DNA from: the human T2T-CHM13v2.0 reference genome, Homo sapiens
Assembly (NCBI RefSeq): GCF_009914755.1
Contig: NC_060947.1
Direction: 5' to 3' (one strand)
Length of the DNA: 64,000 nt
Both the position numbers and the translations under genes were made by a program. Positions within the stretch are counted from its first letter, which is position 1. Each line of letters opens with the position of its first letter. The notes beneath the pieces were generated by a model, which saw nothing but the letters and a program-made list of their open reading frames with translations, had not been told where the DNA came from and did not search any database. Shown here in pieces: positions 16,986-34,699 of the stretch.

Positions 16986-17479
16986 GTAACTACTGCTTAT
17001 TCTGCCTTATGTACTTCTTGCTTTACTGGCTGTTTGTTAGCTAAGAGCTTACTCTGGAGGACAGTGATCATGCAATGTTATGTGGAGTGTAAACAGTTAA
17101 ATTATTTCCTGAGGTTAATTTGGAGGCTTTTCTGAGTCATAAACTATCGTGACAATGGCTTGGAAGCATGTGTGAACAATAGGTCCTCTTAACTGCAACT
17201 AAGGCTGAGAAAAATACTGGGTTAGAGTTTTTCCCGAGATGTCCCTTACAGTCGTGCTATGGGAAGAGGAGAGGCCTGAATTAGAGAGGAGAAAAGAGAG
17301 AGAGACTGGTTCCAGTGTTTAGAAGGATGTCTACTTTCATTTCTTCAATTTCCAGAATCACGCAGGGCTCCTGTGCTGTAATGGCAGTTTGAGCCACTGG
17401 AGCTGGAGGTTTGAGCCCCAGAACCCATCAGTCCTGTTGATCTATCTGTGAGACTGGTTCTGAACCCAGTGACCTCCAT

Positions 17480-18754
17480 CTCCAGGGGCAGTTACAACTT
17501 CAGTGGTCTCCACCACAGGCTGGACAGGGTTGAGGTGGTTTTGTCTTGCTGCCCAGGTATTTCTTATTAAAATGCCCTGACTTGCCACATTGATAGGAGC
17601 TAGTGGATGCACCTTGGGTACCCTGGACTTTGCAAGCCTGCAAAGCCACTACTAGAGCTTCTGTTCTTCTCTTGAGCTTTCTCTCTTTCTTTTGGGCCTC
17701 CTCCTAGTCTGTATTATAAAAGACAGAAGTGGCCACCTTCAGGAGGTTCTCTAAGGTGCTATCTGGTCCTATAGCTTGCTTCTGTTGTTTCCTTCTAATA
17801 TCGGGAGCTACCTGTGTAATAAACTTCTCCTTCAAGATGAGCTGCCCCTTGACTGAATCAGGGGTTAAGGAGGTGTGTTTTATTAGTGCCTCTCTCAGCC
17901 TTTCCATAAAGGCTACAGGATTCTCATCTGGGTTTTTGATTTATCATAGACAGTTTAGAATAATTGAGAGGTCTGGTCTTAGTTCTTCATAGGCCCTCTA
18001 AAATGCATATTAAATAGTGCTTTCTTTTCCATTCATCTGCAGAGCTACTGGGGTACCAATCAGGATTGTCAAGGGGAACTGCTTCCCTTCCCATTGGGAA
18101 TGGTGTTTCTGCTATTTTTTCACTTTCCCCAAGTTTTTCCTTCCCTTTTGGTGTATTATAGGAGATATGTTGCTCATCTCTGAAATTATCTGCTGCTTGA
18201 AGAGCTGCCTGCTTTTCAGCTACCATTAAGGTTTGGTTTAGGAGCAGTATAACATCCTTCCATGTGTGGTAAAACACCCGAGTTAAATTTTGGAAAGCTT
18301 TCATATACCTATCAGTGTCGTCAGAAAATCTGCCTATATCTCTCTTTATTTGCCTAAGGTCCTGTAATGAGAAGGGAACTTGAACCCTCATGGCATCATT
18401 TCCATCAGGCATTTCCTGCAGAGGTAAGAGAGAAGCAGGGAAAGTGGGTAATACTGGAGATGGTGGAGCTGGAGGAGCTGATGGTATGATTGGAGGGGGT
18501 TCTGAATGAGGGGGGCTGGAAGGGTTGGGGCATTCAATAGTTGTCTCAGATTGCTCCTCTGAAATCTGCTTTAGCTCTGGGGAACAATTTCCTGTGGCCT
18601 TGCCCAATATTATCGCTAAGAGAGCTGGAATGGTCTTATAATGCTTGCAAAGGTTTAGTAAAAATGTTATGCCCTTGTGCAAAAGAAAATGAGTCGCTTT
18701 TCTCTTCAAAGTCCTGAGGTTAAAAAAGTTCCAGTGCTTCAGAGTACACTCCAA
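17480..18754 (-). pseudogene. gag: ERV gag remnant (MA/CA/NC)
   Basis: ORFs 17987-18754 (RVQVPFSLQDLRQIK...FSDD) and 17704-17907 (ERLREAL...FITQVAPDIRRK); degenerate zinc knuckles YQCGKSGH and CPACGGDH at about 17490-17600. Confidence 0.9.
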
Positions 18755-18869
18755 AGGGGTGCAAGCTGAAGATATTGTTACCCATTAAAAAAAAGAAGTG
18801 AGAATAAAAGCATCTTTTTTGTCTCCTTCCTTTCCATATGACCCAGGGTGGAGAATAACACAGTGGAGC

Positions 18870-19020
18870 ATCCTTCCGACTGTTTTCCCTCCCTGGATCT
18901 TGGGTCCAGGCACCCTGTTAAATGTGCTGCCTATGGTTGTGGGCAATCCTTCCGACTCTTTTCCCTCCCTGGTTCCTAGGTCCAGGCACCCTGTTAAATG
19001 TGCTGCCCATGGTTGTAGGC
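18870..19020. repeat. 76-bp tandem duplication in the ERV leader
   Basis: ATCCTTCCGAC...ATGGTTGT unit at 18870 and at 18946. Confidence 0.85.
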
Positions 19021-20277
19021 ATAGCCCTCCAAGCCATGGAACTGAATAAACTAAGTGATGGGATTAATCATGCATTATCCATGCAACTTATCTTATTGCC
19101 TTGTGTGATTCCCCTTTGACTTCCTAAACCTATGTGATCTGCCTGGCTTGCCAGAAAACGGATCTCCAGAGAGACTGTGTCGTCTTTGGGCAAGGCTCCT
19201 TTAATGGAGGAAATATGCTAGACTTCCTGCTATTATGGCTCGTGCTAAAGCATTTACCCTTAGAAAAATGGCTCTGGTTACCCTCTGGACTTAAAATCCC
19301 CTAATTAAATACGCTTCTAATAGGAAAGAGGCTAGGTGTCTTAAAGGGACGTGGGGACCTAATGGCAATTTTCCTGCTGATGGGACAGTATCAGGACTAA
19401 AATTTGGCTGTGGTGGACATTTTATTCTTAATAGTTGAAAGCAGAATTTCCCCACTCACAGAAGGGGCTTAGAGCCTGATTTCTAGTGGCGCAAAAAGAA
19501 GCTGCAGTGTTACTTTAAAAAATGTGCCTCATGTAGAGGATTTCTGTATCCACTAGGTAGCGCTGTTGGCTTAGAAATACCATGTGCTCCCCAGGAACAT
19601 AGTAGAGACGCTTATTGAGTTACTGCCTGCCGTTTTTGTCAATCTTTCCTAACAGACCTGTTTCCCTGAACTGTAAAAATTCCCACACATTTGACACACA
19701 CAGAAAGAGAGTAAGAGACTGCAGATAAAAAAAAGAAGGTAAGTTATGTGACAGGATAGCTGGGGATTCTCTACCAACACCCAGAGTGGGCTGTCGGAGG
19801 CTGGGTCAGGTCCAGAAGCCTTTGAATAACACCAGGGTGTGCCCTGGCCAGAGATTCTCAGTTGCTTCAGTACTTTTCCCATCCTCACGCAATTGCGAAT
19901 ATTTCTCATGAAAGGAGACTGATTTGGACAGAGCCAACATTCCCAGCACCCTGAGGACACAAGGGGATTGACTAAGTCCTCCTTAGCAAGCCTCACACCT
20001 GAGTCTTTTAGACCATCTGTGGCTAGCTCTTGTGGCTTATTAGCCGAAGGACACCCGTTTTTTGTTTGTTTGTTTGTTTGTTTGTTTGTTTTAGACCAGT
20101 GGCCAGCCCTAGTGGCTCATTAATCAGCCAAATGACACCAGTTTTTTGTTTGTTTCTTTGTTTTTGTTTTTTTATATAGTTATTTGAGAGAATAAAAACT
20201 GAGGACGAGAAGCCTTGGAAATGAAAGTAGAAAGTCCGCTCCTATACTCACCGCTCCGATGAGTGTTGTACCTTGGA

Positions 20278-20295
20278 TTTCCAGCCAATGCACCA
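20278..20295 (-). promoter_or_regulatory. Primer-binding site, tRNA-Gly
   Basis: Plus strand TTTCCAGCCAATGCACCA versus the tRNA-Gly(GCC) 3' end TTCCCGGCCAATGCACCA (16/18); 3 nt from the LTR edge. Confidence 0.8.
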
Positions 20296-20298
20296 AAA

Positions 20299-20905
20299 TG
20301 ATATGGCTCCAATGACTGGAGAAACACCAGGGTCCTTCGTCTCCTGCCAATTAGACAAATGACATGGACACACGTGGAGTAGTTTTAAGGAGTGGAAAGT
20401 TTAATTAAGAAAGAAGAAGAAAAGCTCCCCCTGTACAGAGGAAAGGGGTACCCGAATGGAGAAAACGCCATGTGCAGTGGAAAAGCAGTTGGATATATTG
20501 GGAGGCTGAAGGAGGTGGTGTCTGATTTGCATAGGGTCCAGGGAATTGGTGTGACCAGATGTGTCATTCATGTAGCCCATGAAAAACCTGGCCCTCTCAC
20601 CCTAGTCTTTTAATATGCTAATGATGGGCGCCATGATGTCCTGCACACGTGGTGTTATCTGGAGATGGCCATGACACCTGGCACAAGTTGTGACAAGGAC
20701 AAGAGAGCGGGAACGGCCCTGTTGGGTGGACCTGGTTTCTAATCACCAGTATTTGCATATCAATGCTTGCTGGTCTGGTTTTTCAAGCTGCTTTCTGTTA
20801 GAAAAGAAATGTTTTGGGGGTTGCTTTTTATTAAACCAAAATTCCACTGAGAACCATTACCCTTTCTAGCTGCCTAAAAATTATTTCTTAGTAACTCCTG
20901 TATTA
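20299..20905 (-). mobile_element. 5' LTR of the MER61-like ERV1 provirus
   Basis: About 607 bp; minus strand begins TAATACAGGAGTTACTAAGAAATAATTTTTAGGCAGCTAG; homologous to the split 3' LTR. Confidence 0.85.
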
Positions 20906-21375
20906 ACAACACTATTTACAGTTGCAAAGTCACGAAACAAACAAAGGTGTTTATCAATCTTTGACTGAATAATGTACTAATAGGTAATTTGTGCATATAC
21001 CTGCAATACTACATAGCTTTAAAAAACAATGAAGACAGGCAATTTGCAGCAACATGGATGGAGCTGAAGTCCATTATCCTAGGTGAAGTAACTGAAAGGT
21101 GAAATAACTGAAAATCAAATACCACATATTTCCACTTGCATGTAGGAAATAAACATTTAGTATACATGGAAATAAAGATGAAAATAATAGACACTGGGGA
21201 CTCCAAAATGGGGAAGGGTGAGAGAGGTTGAGGTTTGAGAAACTACCTATTCCTATTTGGTTAATGGGTACACTACAAGCCCAATCCCACACAGTATGCA
21301 ATATATCCATGTAACAAACATGCATATGTACCCTTTGAATCTTAAAAATCACTAAATTGAAAAATATTTAAAAAG
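20906..21375 (+). mobile_element. Old L1 (L1PB/L1MA-type) 3' end, continuation of 2036-2270
   Basis: ...TTCACCGC | ACACTATTTACAGTTGCAAAG continues the L1 consensus; 3'UTR and A-rich end follow. Confidence 0.8.
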
Positions 21376-21411
21376 TACATTTATAAATATTTTATTCATT
21401 TAACTTCTATA

Positions 21412-21569
21412 AACCAGAAAGCAAGACCTCACCAGATATTGAATCTGCCGCCACTTTGACCTTAAACACCCTGGCCTCCAGACTTGGGAGAAATAATGTA
21501 TTTCTGTCATTATAAGCTACCCAGTTTGTGGTATTTTGTTATAGCTGCCCAAATAGACAGACTGACACA
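21412..21569 (+). mobile_element. MLT1/MST-type MaLR LTR 3' fragment
   Basis: GCCTCCAGAC...TAAGCTACCCAGTTTGTGGTATTTTGTTATAGC...GACTGACACA. Confidence 0.7.
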
Positions 21570-21609
21570 ATCCATTATTTTTTATTGTATTTTTCAGATC
21601 CAAGATTTC

Positions 21610-25836
<4,227 letters not shown>

Positions 25837-25845
25837 TCTTTAAGT

Positions 25846-26167
25846 AATTTTTTGTCTTGTTTTGTTTTGCTTTGTTTCACTTTGAGGCACGGTCTCACTC
25901 TGTCACAGAGGCTGGAATGCAGTGGCATGGTCTCAGCTTACTGCAACTTCCACTTTCCAGGTTCAAGCAATTCTCCCACCTTGGCCTCTTGAGTAGCTGG
26001 GACTACAGGCATGCACCATTATGCTGGGCTAATTTTTGTGTTTTTTTTAGTAGACACAAGGTTTCACCACATTGGCCAGGTTGGTCTTGAACTCCTGACC
26101 TCAAGTGATCCATCCCCTCAGCCTCCCAAAATGCTGGGATTACAGACATCAACCACCGTGCCTGGCC
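25846..26167 (-). mobile_element. Alu (old, AluJ/S)
   Basis: T-rich tail, dimeric structure, ends ...ACCGTGCCTGGCC. Confidence 0.93.
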
Positions 26168-26194
26168 TAAAAATATTTTAAATCCAGAATTATA

Positions 26195-26278
26195 TTTCAG
26201 AATTTTGATCTTTTGGGATTTCAATATTCAGAGTTATGGTGTTTGGGTTTGTGTCTTTTAAAGAGATGATTAGCTCCC
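26195..26278. mobile_element. Probable Ricksha (MuDR-like) terminal fragment
   Basis: ATTTTGATCTTTTGGGATTTCAATATTCAGAGTTATGGTGTTTGGG resembles the recalled Ricksha terminal repeats. Confidence 0.45.
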
Positions 26279-26352
26279 TTATTCACAATAGCCAAGTTAT
26301 AAAAACAATTTAAATGTCCATTGACAGACGAATGGATAAAGAAAATGTGGTA

Positions 26353-26736
26353 CAAGTCAAATCCTTAATCCAAATATCTTAAATCTGAAATGCTCCAAAA
26401 TCTGAAACATTTTTAGCACCAACATGATGTCACAAGTATAAATTTTCATACCTGACTTCATGTGATAGGCTCCAGTCAAAATACAGGTAAAATAAAATCT
26501 ATCAAAACATAGGTAAAGTAAAATTTATCTCCAAAGGTAAAATAAAATGATGTTCAGTCTATGTGTATAAAGCACATATGAAACATAAATAAATTTATTG
26601 TTCAGATTTCTGTCCCATCCCCAAGGTATATTAATATGTATATGCAACTATTTCAAGATCCAAAAAATAATCCGTAATCCAAAAATACTTCTAATTCCAA
26701 GCAACTCAGCATTTCAGATAAAGGACACTCAACCTG
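26353..26736. mobile_element. Tigger4/MER46 DNA transposon
   Basis: TA target flanks; AAATCTGAAATGCTCCAAAATCTGAAAC; end GATAAAGGACACTCAACCTG-TA. Confidence 0.8.
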
Positions 26737-26784
<48 letters not shown>

Positions 26785-26870
26785 CACATATACACATATA
26801 TACACATATACACATATATACATATATACACATATGTGTGTGTGTGTGTATGTGCATGCGTGTATGTATA
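26737..26870. repeat. Compound (CA)n/(TA)/(TG)n microsatellite
   Basis: About 134 bp of alternating purine-pyrimidine sequence. Confidence 0.97.
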
Positions 26871-28489
26871 AAATGAAATGTTATTAGGCCTTAAGAAAGA
26901 AGGAAATTTTGTCCTTTGTGACAATATGGACAGACCTTGAGGACATCATGCTAAGTAAAATAAACGAGAGAGGACAAATACTGCATGATGACACTTTTAT
27001 GAGGACTTCAAAATAGTCACAAATAGTCAAACTCATGAAACTAGATAGTGGATACTGTTTACCAGCAGCTAAGGAAAGGAAGAAATGGGGAGGGGTCAGT
27101 TCAAGGGCAAGAAGTTTCTGTCATGCAAGATGACTAAGTTCTGCAGATCGATTGTATAGAATAGTGCCTATAAATAACAATACTGTATTGCATACATAAA
27201 CATTTGCTGAGAATAGATTTTATGTTATAACAAAAGAAAACAATTTTAAAGTTAAATAAATGGAGTAAAAGAAAATTATTGGAGATAATGGATGGTTTAT
27301 GGCTTTGTTTATAGAGATGATCTCACAAGTATGTACTTATCTCCAAACTAACCTAGTTTTATATATTAAATATGTGCAGCATTTTGTGTGTCAATCACTC
27401 CTCAATAAAGTGGCTTAAAACAAGACTGCCTATAGAAAATGGCCATATCTGGGGTGACAAATTGACAAATAATTTCATTGGAATCTAGCATATCTCACGT
27501 TGTCAATGTAAACCATAGTGATTCTGTTCATAGTCTAACTCATGCAATATTTGAACTTCAGGCTATTGGCATTTTTCAGCAGGAATTCAGGGTTAGTCAA
27601 ATTTTAGTTAGTACTATTATCTCTAGCCAATAAATCAGAATTGTCTTAGGTTGAGTAATTGTATTTCACAAGGGTGGAAGCAAAATATTAATTCATTAAT
27701 TTTCCAAGTGTTCTTCTTTGCTCTAAAGCCAGCATCCAATCCTTAGCAACAATTTATTCATCTTCTTGAATATTAGCATTTTATTAAAATACATTTAATT
27801 TAAGAATTTAATGTGTTGAAATTATGGCAGATACGTAGATTAGTTCAACTATTGCCATTGTCTGACCCACATTAACAAATTATATATAGAGAGGAAAGCA
27901 ATCAACATAATGAACTCATTATTCTGAAGCAATGATATGTGGCAAAACTTAACAGATTCTTTTTGTCTTTGAATCTTTTCAATATATTAATAAAGCAAAA
28001 TTGATCCACTGCTGTACTTGAGTTGCTATTACCCAGGTGGAAAAGGGTCACTATTATCATTTCAGTATTACCATGATTTCCTGGGATTGTCTTAAAATGA
28101 TGCTTTGGAAAAATTCCATTTGGTTTCCAAGCCCCATAAATATCTCAGGCTATTTTTTAAAGAAAAATTCATAAATGACTTAAGTCACCAAAAATATAAT
28201 GGAATTTAAACTATAGTAAAACTGTAGGCAAACTCAAAAGTTATTTGAAATGTATCCTAGGGGTATTAAATTTGAGTTAGAGATAACTTCACTGGCAAGA
28301 ATCGCATGAACAGGAGTGTGTACCAGATGTCTTTGTAATGTCACCTAGACAATTGCTTATGTGATAACAAATTTAAGAAAGACCAAAGTAATTCATATCA
28401 CATCTAAGGTTAAGAAAATGAAATACCTCCAATGCACCATTTATTTGCAATGATTGTTGAATTTTGTCTGTATCTATTATTTATTTTTT

Positions 28490-28839
28490 TCAAAAGATGA
28501 GTGCAAGGTTTTATTGAGTGGTGGAGATGGCTCTCGGCCAGATGGATGGGGAGCCGTAAGGTGGTCTTCCCCTAGAGTTGGGCTGCCCAGTGGCCAGACT
28601 CTTCCCTGACCACCCCCAGCCAAACAGATGCCCAGAAGTCCGTGCCTTCTCTTCTGTCTTTCTCTGCCGTGTCTTTCAGTCGTCACTGGTCTGCAGTCTG
28701 CTGGTGTCTACTGGTCTATTCCTCTGTTCCTCTCAACATTCAGCTACTTGTGTCTGTGCCCGCTAATGTCTGGAGTTTATATGGGCACAGGATGGGGGAG
28801 GTGGTGGGCCAGAGTGGTCTTGGAAAAATGCAACATTTT
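28490..28839 (-). mobile_element. LTR9/MER52-group ERV1 LTR, 3' part, ending after its poly(A) signal
   Basis: Minus strand ATGTTGCATTTTTCCAAGACCACTCTGGCCC...AATAAAACCTTGCACTCATC, then an A-rich tail. Confidence 0.75.
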
Positions 28840-29398
28840 TTTGTGTGTGTGTGTGCTTTATTTGTTGAAATTCTAACAGTCAATTGTAATATAAATGTGT
28901 ATTTTTATTGCAAAAGTAAAATCCTATAATAATTAATGATGGCTGTGAAAACCATTAATTTTTATGTATAGAACCGTTATTAAGAGTTTTCAGAGTTAAA
29001 TGAATAAGGAAAAAGGTTGACAGTTATTATAAATATTATGAAAATGCATGAAGAAAATAACATTAGAAAGAACACATTTCTTTTTTGTCTAATAATTATT
29101 TATACAATTTAAATAATAATAAAAGACTGAAAAAAGAGATTACATTACATATTAATTCGAATTTAGCAGAATTGTTTGGTGTATGAACAATTATAACACC
29201 AAATAAAATAAACTTTTAAGAACTTAAAGTTTAAGAATTTAAAATATGGCTCTTTACTTCCATTTAGGCAAAACATTTGTAAAAAACCTTATTGATAATT
29301 CATCACATCTTGGGAGTATGATTTAAAAGGTAAATGTCAATTTTGCAACCTCAAACTATCATACACAGGAAAAAATAAATGATAAACTATAAATTAAC
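28840..29398 (-). other. Candidate L1 3' transduction (unique AT-rich sequence)
   Basis: Lies between the L1 poly(A) (29399) and a second AATAAA (28857-28862) followed by (CA)n, A7 and the TSD. Confidence 0.7.
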
Positions 29399-31093
<1,695 letters not shown>

Positions 31094-31350
31094 GGTGCAG
31101 GGACAAAAAAGAGTGTGTTATCTGAGCTAGAGTGAGAAGTCTGGTTGGAGCAAAGGTGTTGGTAGGATTCTGGTTTGAGCAAAGGTGTTGGGAGGATAAG
31201 GCTAAACAGATCACATAGAAGCTATGTTCTACAATGTGGCTTGGGTGACCCTGCCACATTGGGTGCCACAAAACAGAGAGCCACAGGAGGATTAAAACGC
31301 AAAACTGACATGATCAGATACATCATTTCAGAACTGTAACCTGGTGCCAG

Positions 31351-31483
31351 TGATACGGGAGGGCATGGACGTGCTGGGTAGAGAAGAGGAGTGTCCCCGG
31401 AAAGGGCTCCACCCTTGGGCCTGTGCCCATGGACCTAAGTGAAAACAGACACTCCTGTTTTCAGACCAAAATGTTGCATTTTT
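31351..31483 (+). mobile_element. LTR9/MER52-group LTR, 5' part
   Basis: TGATACGGGAGGG...GGCCTGTGCCCATGGACCTAAGTG...CCAAAATGTTGCATTTTT; continues as 28839 to 28490 on the opposite strand. Confidence 0.8.
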
Positions 31484-31956
31484 GTTGGACATTTGGGTTG
31501 GTTCCAAGTCTTTGCTATTGTGAATAGTGCCACAATAAACATATGTGTTCATGTGTCTTTATAGCAGCATGATTTATAATCCTTAGGGTATATACCCAGT
31601 AATGGGATGGCTGGGTCAAATGGTATTTCTAGTTCTAGATCCCTGAGGAATCGCCACACTGACTTCCACAATGGTTGAACTAGTTTACAGTCCCACCAAC
31701 AGTGTAAAAGTGTTCCTATTTCTCCACATCCTCTCCAGCACCTGTTGTTTCCTGACTTTTAATGATCGCCATTCTAACTGGTGTGAGATGGTATCTCATT
31801 GTGGTTTTGATTTGCATTTCTCTGATGGTCAGTCATGATGAGCATTTTTTCATGTGTTTTTTTGGCTGCATAAATGTCTTCTTTTGAGAAGTGTCTGTTC
31901 ATATCCTTTGCCCACTTTTTGATGGTGTTGTTTGTTTTTTTCTTGTAAATTTGTTG
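31484..31956 (-). mobile_element. Young L1PA ORF2 3' fragment (displaced inverted arm)
   Basis: GTTGGACATTTGGGTTGG...TTCTTGTAAATTTGTT; no poly(A) of its own. Confidence 0.88.
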
Positions 31957-34214
31957 GTGTCAGATGACAAGGGAGTATATTTTCTTAAGGCCTCCTGTAG
32001 CCACTCGAGGAAGGCAGAAGGATTTTCTTCCTTTTCCTGAGTTATGGTGGACATCACTGAATAATTAATGGGCTTCTTCCTAATTATCCTTAGTCCTTCT
32101 AGAACACAGGTCAACAGATGTTTATGACTCCAGTCCCCAAGATCTGAGTCAAGGTCCCAGTGGGGATCCATACTGGGGATGGCTTGCTGACTGGTAGGGA
32201 ATTTGTCCCTTTCTTCAGCTGTCATCCTATCATTTACTTGGCTAAGATACCAGGTAACTCCAAAACCTAGGGCTGCAGCTAAAGCCACATTCTTTTCATT
32301 AAAGGCCAGGGTCTGATCTAACAATAGCATGACATCTCTCCAAGTGAGGTCAAAGGTTTGCCCTAGACCCTGTAGGACATCATGTACCAACAAGGATCAT
32401 CTGAAAACTTCCCCAGGTCTTACCTTGATCTGCTTTAAATCAGAGAGGGAGAAGGGGACATGTACCTGGGTTGGGCCAAATTCCACTCCCCCTACAGCTT
32501 GAAAGGGACACAACAAATAGCCTGGAGGGTGGTTTGTGGTCCCTTGGAGATTTCTTTGCTTGGGCAGGGGAGATTAGAGAAGGCTTATCATTAATAGGAA
32601 GGGGAGCTATAGGAAGGCTAGGATATAGAGGTAAGCTGAGATGTCCTCCTGTGGGATGTAAATTGCAAGCTTTGCATAGTTGTGGATTATCCTTCAATGA
32701 AAAGAAAGCTTGGATATAAGGTATTTCACTCCATTTGCCTTCCCTCTTACAGAAAAGGTCAAGCTGCAGGATAACATTGTAATTTATACTTCCCTCAGGT
32801 GGCCATTTTTCCCCATCAGAGAGAGAATATTGGGGCCAGGCTATAGTTCAGAAAAAATGAGCCACCTCTTTTTCAGGGTTTGCAGGTCAAATTGGTCCCA
32901 ATGGCTTAGGAAGCATTTCAAGGGTGAGCCTGTTGATGCCTGAGTGTTTCCCATCTGAAAGAAACAACTGCCTGTGGTTTTGGTTTGTTTTATCCCCCCC
33001 ACCCAAGAACCCACAATGGTCCCTGGACCCTGATGATCAGAATAGTTGTGCTTATCCATGCAGCAGCTGATCCCCCTCTTGCCCAATAACCCCAAACTGT
33101 CCCTGGACCCTGCTGATCGGAATAGTTGTCCTCACCAATGCAACAGAAGAAACACTAGTTTTCCTCCTAGACCACAAGAAGGACTGAGGAAGGTCGGATT
33201 TAGTGGCCCTTACTGATGCATTCTCGAAAACCTGCACCCTTGCCTTTCCTCTTAGACCACAAAGATGACTGAGAAAAATCGGATTTAGTGGCGCTTACCG
33301 ACACATTCTCGAAAATCTATTAGAGTCCTAAGCATTTTCTCCTGTTAGTATTGGGACCTTACCCCTGTCCTATAAAGATGATATGCCCCAAAAATGGAGT
33401 GGAGGGCTATACCCTGAGGGAGGGAAGGGATCTCCAGGGTTGGAAGAGTGATGTGTTTTGTCCTCACTTCTCATCATATGAATAGAAAGGATATCATTTC
33501 TGAGGCTCCCCATATCCTAGCTTCGGGAATAGCTTTTGTTAGGCCTGCTTGTCTGAGGAGGGATCCTAAAATTCCAGATAGTCTCCCTCCCATGATGGGG
33601 CTTTGGGCAAAAATTATATCTTTCTGATTGGTGAGCCTAGCTGCCTAAAGAAAGGAACAGAGTCCCAAAATTTATACTAGAAATCATTCTTATAGGAGAA
33701 ACTAGTAAAGCACCAGAGACAGGGAGTGGTTTTTAGAAGCAGGACTAGCCTCAGAGAAGAGAGGCAGGAGGAAGTGTGTCTGACAGGCATTAGGACCCAG
33801 GAGGCAAGGGTCAGGATAGATAGGATAGATGGGTGAGTCTCCCTTGGGCGACGTGACTTTGAGAGTTCCACTCATGACTACAGGGTCAACCAACTTTTTG
33901 TTGGGACCCCGGAGCTGAACAGCTTTCCTGTCTGTTGACCCTCAGCTCAGCCCAGAAGTACAGGAAAAGCGGAAGCTGGTTCCAGGCAAGCCAATGCTCC
34001 CAACTTCAAAGAGTCAGGGGTTGTTAGAGAGCCCTTTCCCAGAAAGCCTGACAACCGTGTCTTTAGTCTGGTGGCCGCGCTAGTAGCTTTTAACTGGCTG
34101 ACAGGTGCCTGGTGTTTAGCCCCCAAATCCTAAGGAAAAATAGGACAGAATAGCAAGCAAAAGGGGTGCAATGGTACTCACCGCTTGGCGATAGTCCCAT
34201 CTGGGTCACCAAGA
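31957..34214 (-). mobile_element. gag: HERV9 internal region (leader plus truncated gag)
   Basis: MGNTQASTGSPLKC..., VLQGLGQTFDLTWRDVMLLLDQTL...ENPSAFLEWLQEALRKYTP; leader tandem repeats at 33020-33320. Confidence 0.92.
34194..34211 (-). promoter_or_regulatory. Primer-binding site, tRNA-Arg
   Basis: Minus strand TGGTGACCCAGATGGGAC versus the tRNA-Arg(CCG) complement TGGCGACCCAGATGGGAC (17/18). Confidence 0.82.
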
Positions 34215-34692
34215 TGTGTCCATAGTTGGTTCCTTCCACTGGGTTCTTGGTCTCGCTGACTTCAAGAATGAAGCCACAGACCTTCGCAGAGAGTGTTACA
34301 GCTCTTAAAGGTGGCACAGACCCAAAGAGTGAGCAGCAGCAAGATTTACTGTGAAGAGCAAAAGAATAAAGCTTCCACAGCGTGGAAGTTGACCCGAGCG
34401 GGTTGCTGCTGCTGGCTGGGGTGGCCAGCTTTTATTCCCTTATTTGTCCCCACCCATGTCCTGCTGATTGGTCCATTTTACAGTGTGCTGATTGGTCCAT
34501 TGTAGAGAGCACCGATTGGTCCATTTTACAAGGCACTGATTGGTCCATTTTACAAACTTCTAGCTAGCCACAGAGCACTGATTGGTGTGTTTTTACAGAG
34601 CACTGATTAGTACATTTTACAACTCTCTTGTAAGACCAAAAAGTTCTCCAAGTCCCCACCCAACCTAGAAGTCGAACTGGCTTCACTTCTCA
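34215..34692 (-). mobile_element. LTR12 (short, LTR12F-like) 5' LTR of HERV9
   Basis: TG...CA termini, tandem CCAAT boxes, CAGCGAGACCAAGAACCCA U5 motif. Confidence 0.9.
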
Positions 34693-34699
34693 CTCTGGG

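Larger units (their letters stand above)
14802..20298 (-). mobile_element. ERV1 (MER4-group / MER61-like) internal region, non-autonomous
   Basis: Lies between two homologous LTRs; has PBS, splice donor (GCGGTGAGT, about 20250), gag and RNase H remnants; no RT seen. Confidence 0.85.
26279..27425 (+). mobile_element. L1M (L1MA/MB) 3' end, interrupted by Tigger4/MER46 and a microsatellite
   Basis: ATTCACAATAGCCAAG...GAATGGATAAAGAAAATGTGGTA; resumes at about 26871 with GACCTTGAGGACATCATGCTAAGT. Confidence 0.75.

Noticed and set aside
20278-20295. tRNA gene
   Set aside because: Only an 18-nt 3'-end match next to an LTR, so it is a PBS. The same holds for 34194-34211.
26598-26924. His/Thr- and Cys/Val-rich ORFs
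   Set aside because: These are translations of the microsatellite.
31899-32393. 164-aa gag/L1 chimeric ORF
   Set aside because: An incidental read-through across the deletion junction; non-ATG start and the upstream gag is frameshifted.
33020-33320. Paired direct repeats upstream of gag
   Set aside because: As far as I recall these are a standard feature of the HERV9 leader, not locus-specific.
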